A stretch of 15,503 bases of DNA from Amoeboradix gromovi X-113 (taxonomy: Eukaryota > Fungi > Sanchytriomycota). The DNA lies in contig JADGIF010000188.1 of the NCBI GenBank assembly GCA_018985225.1, positions 1 through 15,503 on the forward strand, in the 5' to 3' direction. Every line of letters begins with the position of its first letter. Within the stretch, counting starts at the first letter, position 1. The notes under the pieces are model-generated. The model did no database searches and was not told the DNA's origin. It was given only the letters and a program-made list of their open reading frames with translations. Positions 1 to 8,742 of the stretch are shown here, piece by piece. The position numbers and the translations under genes were made by a program.

Positions 1-244
1 GCTCACTCGTACAAGTCAATAAACTTCGACTTTGATACTCAATCAATCTTGGATCACCAGTATGTGTCTTAACAAACTGCACTTTGAAGAGTTCAGAGTA
101 CTCTTTGAACCAACACAACCGACAATTGAATGCCTTACGGATGGTACGGGAATCTATTTTTTGTTGAAGATAGGTATTAAGTAGGTCTTGCAGAAGAGCG
201 TATTCTATATCCACTGTTATCGTCTTTAGGTTTGAAATTTGCAT
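1..244 (-). CDS. 5' part of a hypothetical protein running off the window (MQISNLKTITVDIEYALLQDLLNTYLQQKIDSRT...)
   Basis: ATG at 244-242 opens 81 stop-free codons to the window edge in AT-rich DNA; divergent from the acetyltransferase gene. No recognisable motif. Confidence 0.45.
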   Translation of the reverse strand, partial: MQISNLKTITVDIEYALLQDLLNTYLQQKIDSRTIRKAFNCRLCWFKEYSELFKVQFVKTHTGDPRLIEYQSRSLLTCTSE

Positions 245-412
245 ATGGTGTCTTATACATTTTTCATATCTGAGCAGATTAGAGTAAAATTCTGTGATTA
301 TTTTTCAGAAATACTACAGAAAGAAGAATTATTAAAATTATAATGCTCTTTTAATTTCAATAAATGATTTATTCAAATAAAATACATCGCTGTCACTCGG
401 AGAACTAACAAA

Positions 413-973
413 ATGCTTTCAGAAAAACTCAAGATGATTAATGGTGAAATGTATTATGCCATGGATCCCGATCTGACAAAGGATAGAATAAACGCAAGAA
501 TGCTAACTAGACAATACAACAACTCTTTAGAAAGCGAGTTAGACAAGAGACAAGAGTTACTAGTTAAGTTGTTTTCAGCAGTTGGAGCGAACTGCTTTAT
601 AGAGCCAACAATAAAATGCGATTACGGATATAACGTGAAAATTGGAAATAATTTCTTCGCAAACTTTGATCTTATTCTTTTGGATGTCTGTCCAATCACA
701 ATAGGAAACAATTGTTTCTTTGGCCCAGGGGTTCATATTTATACAGCTACACATCCGCTTAATGCTGCAAAGCGAATCTCCGGAGTAGAGTATGGTAAGC
801 CTGTTATAATTGGAAATAATGTATGGATTTGCGGTGGCGCAATTATTAATCCAGGAGTGAAAATTGGAAATGATGTAGTTATAGGATCAGGATCTGTCGT
901 GACAAAAGATGTAAGAGATAGCGTAATGATTGCTGGTAATCCTGCTGTTTTTATAAAAGAAATAAATGATTGA
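413..973 (+). CDS. maa: Maltose/galactoside O-acetyltransferase (Maa/LacA family, hexapeptide-repeat left-handed beta-helix)
   Basis: N-terminal Mac-like segment (EKLKMINGEMYYAMDPDL), CDYGYN, FFANF, HIYTATHP, EYGKPVIIGNNVWI, GSGSVVTKD, AGNPA motifs; intronless. Confidence 0.93.
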   Translation: MLSEKLKMINGEMYYAMDPDLTKDRINARMLTRQYNNSLESELDKRQELLVKLFSAVGANCFIEPTIKCDYGYNVKIGNNFFANFDLILLDVCPITIGNNCFFGPGVHIYTATHPLNAAKRISGVEYGKPVIIGNNVWICGGAIINPGVKIGNDVVIGSGSVVTKDVRDSVMIAGNPAVFIKEIND

Positions 974-1048
974 GTGGTAATGATGTTAATGTAGTACGAG
1001 TTTACCACCCCCAATGGGGATACTGGACAGAAAATACTTTAGCAGAGG

Positions 1049-2285
1049 TTATCCAAATTTATTAGTGAAACCTTTCTTCTTTCCTACTTCCTTTGGCTGC
1101 CCTCCACTGCTAACTAAGACTTGCTCCAACTTTTTCTTCTCAACCTCCAGTTGCTGTCTTTGTTTTTCCAGTGCTTCCCTCATCTCTTTATGTCTACTAT
1201 ACAATTCATCCTCGCTTTGTTTCAATTTAGCCTCTTTTTCTTGCACCTTTTGCTGAAATACCAGCTTCATATCGTTTTCCATTTTCGCTAATCTGGCTTC
1301 GTGCTGATGACGTTGCTCTTCCAAGCTGACTAATGGACTAAATAAGTGTAAATTACTTTATATCTTTTGGTACGTATTCCTGCTCTTTTCCCATTGCTAA
1401 TAGTTTTAGAGTTCTGTATTGTTCGTATAAAACATCATTCGTGTGGCTTCTTAGTTCTTCTAAGTGGGTTTTGATCAATAGAGATCGCAATAAATGAAAA
1501 TCGCTATGCTCTGGATTATCCACTTCGATAGATCCCCATGGATACTGTCTGCCACGTACGTTCACTCCATTTTTGTTAATTGTTTGGTTAGATCCAATTA
1601 CAGCAAACGGGATGGCTTTCAGTATATTCGAATTCTCTAGTTTAGTGGCCTCATCGTCAAAATCATAAGTTGTAGGCTGGAAGACTTTTATTCCGTTATT
1701 GCTGATATCTTCCAAAATACGAGACTTAAATGAAGTCAACTCTTCACGAGTTAAAATATCACTTTTAGCTATTACAGGTACAAGGTTGACTTTCTCAGCT
1801 AACTGCTTCATGCAGTCTATGTCAATAGGACGAAGTGCATGACCACTTGGTGGAATAAAATAAATACAACAATGGATTCGACTATCAACTGACTTATTGC
1901 GACTAGGTTTCATTTCTTGCTCTAAATAGTGATCATAACGACTATCAATGCATTCAATTAGTGGACGGGTACATTCTTCGTTGTTGATGTAATCACCAAA
2001 GCCGGGGGTGTCAATAATATTCAAACGCAGCTGGACATTCTTTTCTGACAATACGCCAGTGATTACTTGAGGTTGGATAGTTTTAGGAGTTAGTTTGGTG
2101 AGAGGTTGGGGGTCTTTCAAAGGGTATAAAATACTGTTAAATAAAGTATTAGTTAAAGTAGATTTACCAAGACCTGATTCACCAACAATCATCAAAGTGA
2201 AATCAAAACCTCGCTTCATTGAAGTCTTGTGTAGCTGGTTTGGGAGATTACTCAAGCCAATAGCAGGTGCAGAAGAAGCGGACAT
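1049..2285 (-). CDS. Septin, Cdc3/SEPT7-like; exons 2285-1357 and 1337-1049 (405 aa)
   Basis: G1 GESGLGKST, G3 DTPGFGD, G4 AKSD, septin-unique element RGRQYPWG, C-terminal coiled coil (EHEARLAKME-like, VFQQKVQEKE). Removing the intron gives KDINPLVSLEEQR. Start placed at MSASS (2285, AAAATG context). Confidence 0.93.
1338..1356 (-). other. 19-nt spliceosomal intron in the septin gene (GTAATTTACACTTATTTAG)
   Basis: GT-AG ends; removal fuses ORFs 1353-2327 and 1049-1324 in frame; retention gives an immediate TAA. Confidence 0.9.
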
Positions 2286-3692
2286 TTTGTGAATCAGGGG
2301 GAAGAAGAAAATTATAGGTGGCAGCATTTTAGTACACCTAAACTTGCCACTGATTAGAACAAGCTATTCTAACTAGAGATATGTAACTTATCTATAGTGT
2401 CCGCGATTTCTGGGAATTTACAATTTTTTGCTAGCCTTACAAGCTATGGTTAAAAACAACTACTAACGGTGGCAATAGTATTTTTATGTCTTGTTATGTC
2501 TAGCTTTCAACAAAAAACTTGGATTGGAATGCCGTTTTAACATGATGTCAAGAAATTATACCATAGTATTATACGACCAACCCCGAGAAAAGTAGTAAAT
2601 ATCTCTTATACAGACCTTATCAGGCTATTTCTTTAGGACTATGCTCATCATTAGCACCGAAAAGCTCGGTGTTTGTGGTGGGAAAAATGACGGGTATAGA
2701 TATGGATACAGCAACACAGAAAGAAGACAATATATGTGAAGGTGATTCAGCCAGGAGATGGCGGCTATAGGCTCAACACAAAGAAAAGGGTGCATGTATT
2801 TTGTTAGTAGAAACTGTTACACTGATTTTATAGTTCGCAAACAGAAAGGTGAATGAGAGTTATGGCGATATTCATGACACTAGAAGGTTGGTGAGAAGTG
2901 GTGTAGGACCAAACTAGCAAAGAATAGTAACTGCTATTAACAGGCTGGCGCATAAACCATATGCGAAAAGACACAGGCATCTGCACTGAAATATTTAAAC
3001 CCTTGAGGACATTTTAGACAGCATAGAAATGCAATGTGTACGCCATTCTGAAGAAACCTACATTGGAGAGACGCATACATCCGTAAACTGATATGCAAAC
3101 ATAGGAGTTATGCAGAAATTATCCTGTATATTGCGCACGTATCCAATCCCACCATATGGTAGTGTACGCATTATTTAGAACTGTAACGAAGGAACTAGTA
3201 GCATTGCCAGTCCGTCCAAATTCTTGATTTTACAGCCACTAAGACTTTTAATGAAAAACAAACAACCAATTATTTAATCTTTTATTTTAAATAAGGAAGC
3301 ATGCAAGTAAATGCACTGCTGCCCTATAGTCGCTGTCTGCCTCCAAATTGCAATGAAATTAATAAAAGGAAAGTTTATTTAGTTCTTAAGTGGCTTAGAA
3401 GGACTATATTAGAACGATATAGCTCATGTAATCACAGCACATGATTTACTCCATCAAAATTGATGGCTGTCCCGTATTAATCTTAGATTATTGCCGTAAT
3501 AAGATTTGAAATCTCTCGATTACGTTAACGGATGTTATAATTTAACAGCGATTATCGCTTTTGGAGTGAGTTCTGTGTAGTCCGAGAAGTGCAAAAGAAT
3601 TAAAAGAGATGTCATTGTAGCTGTCTCGTGTATTCTGAAAAAGTTGACTAAATTTTAGTATAATAATACTAACAAATTTAGGCCATATCCAA

Positions 3693-4010
3693 ATGGCAGA
3701 CTTCTTCCATGACTTGTTTTCAGAATTAGATTCACGAGCCATAGTAGCTTCAATAGTTATATTTGTAATCGTAGTGACAGTAGGAGCTTTAATAATAGGA
3801 CAACTGGCTCGAAGTTCGGATATTGAAAAAATCAAAGTAAGTAGAAACTCATTTTTTGACTCATCTTACAGAGCACCAGCAAAGGCAAAACTAGACAAGT
3901 TGAGACATTCAATGCTTCCTTATAAACTATCGCCAATTCCTAATTTAGACGAAATCAAAATTGATCCATTAAAGAGCCCAAATAAAAGACAGGCGTATTA
4001 CGTACCATAA
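3693..4010 (+). CDS. Small single-pass membrane protein, unknown function
   Basis: 105-aa ORF with one hydrophobic segment (AIVASIVIFVIVVTVGALII), basic tail, AATAAA near the stop. Confidence 0.7.
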   Translation: MADFFHDLFSELDSRAIVASIVIFVIVVTVGALIIGQLARSSDIEKIKVSRNSFFDSSYRAPAKAKLDKLRHSMLPYKLSPIPNLDEIKIDPLKSPNKRQAYYVP

Positions 4011-4112
4011 CTACAAATATGAAATAAATAGATTTATATTTACAATAAAGTACTTAATCTTCTCACTGGAACACATACATACAAAGAAGTTGAAACCGTT
4101 TAATGACAACAA

Positions 4113-4199
4113 ACTTGCCAATTTGGCATCCGATGTTCAGTTTCTTCATTTCCTCTAAAAATGATTGGACAAGGCACGTGTTTTCAAGTGCAATTGCCA
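4113..4199 (+). promoter_or_regulatory. Likely eEF2 promoter elements: TGCCA-ATT-TGGCA inverted repeat, CACGTG E-box, further TTGCCA
   Basis: Motifs at 4116-4128, 4175-4180 and 4194-4199, within about 110 nt of the ATG; the same words recur upstream of other genes. Confidence 0.4.
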
Positions 4200-4225
4200 A
4201 TTTTCAGAGTATCCCCGTTCAAAAA

Positions 4226-6770
4226 ATGGTCAATTTCACAGTTGAACAAATTCGTGGGTTAATGGATATTCCGGGTAATATCCGTAATATGTCTGTTATT
4301 GCTCACGTCGATCATGGAAAGAGTACATTAACTGATTCTCTAGTTAGCAAGGCAGGTATTATCAGTACTGGTAAATCTGGTGAAATGCGATATACAGATA
4401 CTCGCCCAGATGAGGCAGAACGTGGTATTACTATCAAAAGTACAGCTATTAGTATGTATTTTGAAATGGGCAAGGATGACTTGTCAGATTTATTAGAAAA
4501 AACAGAAACTACTGATTTCTTGATCAATTTAATCGATTCTCCGGGTCACGTTGATTTCAGCTCAGAAGTCACTGCTGCTCTACGTGTTACTGATGGAGCT
4601 CTTGTTGTTGTAGACACGATTGAAGGTGTCTGTGTTCAAACCGAGACTGTTTTACGTCAAGCTCTTACTGAGCGTATCAAGCCTGTCTTGTGCGTTAACA
4701 AGGTAGATCGTGCGCTATTGGAACTTCAGCTTGAAAAGGAGGACCTATATCAGAACTTTCAGCGTTGTGTTGAGAGTGTTAATGTCGTCATTTCTACTTA
4801 CATGGATGAAGCATTAGGCGATGTACAAGTCTACCCTGATCGAGGTACTGTCGCTTTTGGTAGTGGATTGCACGGATGGGCTTTTACTCTTCGTCAGTTT
4901 GCTAACAGATATGCTACCAAGTTTGGTGTAGATCGCAACAAAATGATGAAAAGATTGTGGGGTGAAAACTACTTCAATCCTAAAACAAAGAAATGGACCA
5001 CAAAGGGGCAAGACGCAGACGGAAAACAATTGGAAAGGGCATTTAACTCATTTGTGTTAGACCCTATCTACAAGCTATTTGATTGCATTATAAACAGCAA
5101 GAAGGAAACAATGGGTCTATTAGAGAAACTAGAGATTAAGCTTAAGCCTGACGAAAAAGAATTAACAGGAAAACCATTGTTGAAAGTAGTTATGAAGAAA
5201 TTTCTACCAGCCAGTGAAGCGTTGTTAGAGATGATAGTCATTCATTTACCATCTCCACGCAAAGCACAGCCTTACAGAGTAGAGACACTATATGAAGGAC
5301 CTATGGATGACGAATGTGCAATAGGTATCAGAAATGTAGACCCTAAAGCACCACTTATGTTGTATGTATCTAAAATGGTACCAACAAGTGATAAAGGTAG
5401 ATTTTATGCATTCGGACGAGTATTCTCAGGTACAGTTAAAGCAGGTCAAAAAGTAAGAATTCAGGGACCCAACTATGAACCAGGAAAGAAGGACGACTTG
5501 TTTGTTAAATCAGTACAGAGAACTGTCTTGATGATGGGTAGAGGTGTTGAAGCAATTGAAGATTGCCCAGCTGGTAACATTATTGGTCTAGTTGGTGTCG
5601 ATCAATTCTTGGTTAAATCAGGAACCATTACAACCAGTGAAAAAGCACATAACCTGAAGGTCATGAAGTTCAGTGTCAGTCCTGTTGTTCAGGTAGCTGT
5701 GGAGTGCAAAAACGCAAATGACTTGCCAAAGCTTGTTGAAGGATTAAAGAGATTATCCAAATCTGATCCATGTATTCAGGTTCTTACATCAGAAAGCGGT
5801 GAACATATTGTTGCAGGTGCTGGTGAATTGCATCTAGAGATCTGTCTTAAAGATCTAGAACAGGATCATGCTTGTATTCCTATTAAAGTATCACCTCCAG
5901 TCGTACCTTACCGTGAGACTGTCCAGGAAGAGAGTGACCGTATGTGCTTAAGTAAGTCTCCTAACAAGCATAATAGAATCTTTATGAAAGCAGCACCTAT
6001 TAGCGAAGAATTGAGCAGAGACATTGAAGCAGGTAAGATGGGCCCTCGAGATGATCCTAAAATCAGAGGTAGAACGCTTGCAGACGATTTTGGATGGGAC
6101 CTAAATGAAGCCAGAAAGATTTGGTGCTTTGGACCAGAAACATCAGGTGCTAATTTGCTTGTTGATGCCACAAAGGCAGTTCAATATTTAAGTGAAATCA
6201 AGGACTCTTGTGTGGCTGCATTTCAATGGGCAACCAAAGAAGGTGCACTTTGTGATGAGAACATGCGAGGAGTTAGGTTTAACATTCTAGATGTTGCACT
6301 ACATGCTGACGCAATTCATAGAGGTGGTGGGCAATTAATTCCAACTTGTAGAAGAGTTTGCTATGCATCTGTGTTAACCGCTTGTCCATCTTTGCAAGAA
6401 CCTGTTTATTTGGTAGAGATCCAGGTTCCAGAGCAAGCTATGGGTGGCATTTATGGTGTTTTAAATGCAAGAAGAGGTCATGTATTCTTTCAAGAGCAAA
6501 AGATTGGAACACCACTATATAACATTAAAGCATATTTGCCAGTTATGGAGTCATTTGGTATCTGTAATTAATTTAGGATTTAGTGCTGATTTGAGAGCAG
6601 CAACAGGAGGACAAGCATTTCCACAATCTGTATTTGACCATTGGCAATTAATGAGCGGAGACGCAACTGAAGAGGGAACTATGCCGAATAAAGTGGTATT
6701 AGGAATTAGAAAGAGAAAAGGTTTAAGTGAGAATATTCCAGGAGTTGAGCATTATTACGACAAGTTGTAG
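4226..6770 (+). CDS. EFT2: Translation elongation factor 2; exons 4226-6557 and 6577-6770 (841 aa)
   Basis: Canonical start [32 protein letters not shown], diphthamide loop [12 protein letters not shown], end YYDKL. Splicing restores ESFGFSADLR. Confidence 0.98.
6558..6576 (+). other. 19-nt spliceosomal intron in eEF2 (GTATCTGTAATTAATTTAG)
   Basis: GT-AG ends, splits a Gly codon (G|GA); removal restores the conserved ESFGF motif with no residue gained or lost; retention gives an in-frame TAA. Confidence 0.95.
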
Positions 6771-6927
6771 GTTATTAAATAAAATCTTTAAATAACTTCT
6801 ACGATTGACTTTAAGCGTCCATTTGCAGGGGTTATACAGCCTCTTACTGCAAGTGCTATTTCAAATATTGCAACTTTTATCCTACTAGATTGCTAGTGGA
6901 CTGCGTTTAATACCTGTGAATCATGAT

Positions 6928-7407
6928 TTATTGAAAGAACGCTGCTAATAATAGGAACAGATGAGAAACTGTCGATGCAGAACTGAAGAGATTCGTTGGA
7001 GGCGAAGTATCCGTAGGCTTAACTGGGGTAACGGGTGTGCCACTCAAAGGGCCACCTTTGATTGTAAATGTTGGAGTATAAGCTATGTCAGCATGGTCAT
7101 TGCTATTGACTAGCAACACTTTATAATCGCCATCGGTTAAGTTGGTAGAAATAGGATCATTCGGACTGTAAAACCATCTAGCATTAACGGATGGATTGAA
7201 GTTGGTGATTTGCTCAACTTTCTGGTCTGTAGCGGCATCCACGTAATACAAATCCAGCGCGGTAGGGAAGCCAGCAGGTACTTTTGGCTTATCTCCTTCT
7301 AACCACTCAATCATTGCGCCACTGGTCTGGTTTCGTTTCCATACTTCACCGCCCTTTGGAGCAGTGATAGTAACTTGAAACGCGAATAGAGATGATGAGA
7401 ATATCAT
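6928..7407 (-). CDS. Putative GPI-anchored/secreted surface protein with a Kre9/Knh1-like N-terminal domain
   Basis: ITAPKGGEVW...IEW start, YKV...PTFTI end of domain, Pro/Thr/Ser linker, SSA followed by hydrophobic C-terminus (LFLLLAAFFQ). First ATG is 7407; the ORF-track start at 7428 is TTG. Confidence 0.75.
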   Translation of the reverse strand: MIFSSSLFAFQVTITAPKGGEVWKRNQTSGAMIEWLEGDKPKVPAGFPTALDLYYVDAATDQKVEQITNFNPSVNARWFYSPNDPISTNLTDGDYKVLLVNSNDHADIAYTPTFTIKGGPLSGTPVTPVKPTDTSPPTNLFSSASTVSHLFLLLAAFFQ

Positions 7408-8307
7408 TAACTGCTGAGGCCAAAACAATTGTTAAATAGGTGAAACAGGAATTTTGATTAGTTTGCATCCAACCACAGTATTTTGTAATTTTGAAAAATT
7501 TCAACTGTTTGCAGTAGCTCTTCATCAAAACTCTGGATCTCCTTGAAAATCGAGAATTCCCAGAGACACTGTCAAAGACAATCGCTCTATCAAGGTGGTT
7601 TTTCATACTTCCAACACCCTTAGGAAGGCGTAAGCAGGATGCATGTCTTTCAAGTACATATTCATCTCTTAATAACTCACGGCTATTGAATTTTGTAGAA
7701 TAAATCATTTATTGCGAATTTGTATGCATTTCTATATAATTTCATGACTTTCCTAGATTTTTCCAATAGCTTAAATACTCGATATTCTTCCTTTTCACAA
7801 ATAGTAATGGAATAAATAGATGTAATCCTGAATATGTCAAATCTAAAGAAATAACCAACAGTTACAGTATACATCAACGTTGAGGAACTGGTCCAAGCAT
7901 GAAATCAGATGTCTTTCAACCCATCCTCAAGAGAGATCAACAATAAATAAACATTTAAACCATTTATTTAATAATTCGTATGTGATTTTCTTACCACGTG
8001 TGCAACAATAGAGACCATATGGCAGCAAGGAATACAAATCTCAAGTATCTGCATTCTTGTTCAATCCCGCCTCAGGGTAGCGAAAGCGTGAGCAATCACT
8101 GTAACGGATTTCCTCGTTTGATGTTATGATTTTGCGACTATTTCAATGATAAAATTCACATAGTAGCGATAAATAAGCTTATTATATCAAATTCCATAAC
8201 TACTAGTTGTCTTGCAGTTAACTAGAAATAAGTTTTAAAGATGGAATAGCCATTTATGTAATCATTAAGATTAAGTATGTATTTACTAGAGTTTTTTATA
8301 ATTGTGG

Positions 8308-8742
8308 TTATTCAAAATCATTTAGTCTATGCTGTTCCCTGAAACGATGGCCAATTTCACGACGAGGTATGTCGAACTCTGGAAAAGTATTTTCTGCATC
8401 AGGTTCACTATTGGCGGGTTGTTCTTCATTTTTAGGGGTTCTAGCTTGCACTCTTTTATCAGTTTCTCTTCCAGGGCTATTTCCTTTTTTGTTTCTAAAC
8501 ACAAGATGCCGAAGCCATTCTTCTGTCAAAAATCCAGAGCCCCATATTAAAGCTCTCGTACCTGAAAAGACGTCTCTCATCACTGAAAATGCAGATGCAG
8601 CATTTCTTACCTTTATCGCTGCAGGTGAGTTATATAAATCTTTTGCTCTTAACGATAATCCTTCAAAGATCGCTGGCTTAGCAACTGTATCTGCAACTGT
8701 TGGAACTGCAAATGTTAGTATCAAAAGTACTTGAAGCATCAT
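8308..8742 (-). CDS. Small predicted secreted protein, unknown function
   Basis: 144-aa ORF, hydrophobic leader MMLQVLLILTFA, charged C-terminus; CCCC and CACGTG elements upstream. Confidence 0.65.
   Translation of the reverse strand: MMLQVLLILTFAVPTVADTVAKPAIFEGLSLRAKDLYNSPAAIKVRNAASAFSVMRDVFSGTRALIWGSGFLTEEWLRHLVFRNKKGNSPGRETDKRVQARTPKNEEQPANSEPDAENTFPEFDIPRREIGHRFREQHRLNDFE

Noticed and set aside
2654-2672. Hairpin resembling the tracrRNA/omegaRNA 3' stem (GCACCGA...TCGGTG)
   Set aside because: No Cas, TnpB or Fanzor ORF, repeats or transposon ends in the window; a short match is likely chance.
3451-3466. Inverted repeat CCATCAA-AA-TTGATGG
   Set aside because: Isolated and short, with no partner or context.
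3554-3585. U2 snRNA-like words ATCGCTT and GTGTAGT
   Set aside because: Spacing too short, stem I missing, and the branch-pairing GTAGTA is not intact.
4103-4225. N-terminal extensions in the ORF track for eEF2 (also septin 2286-2327 and SWEET 12226-12366)
   Set aside because: They precede the conserved or likely starts and overlap promoter-like motifs.
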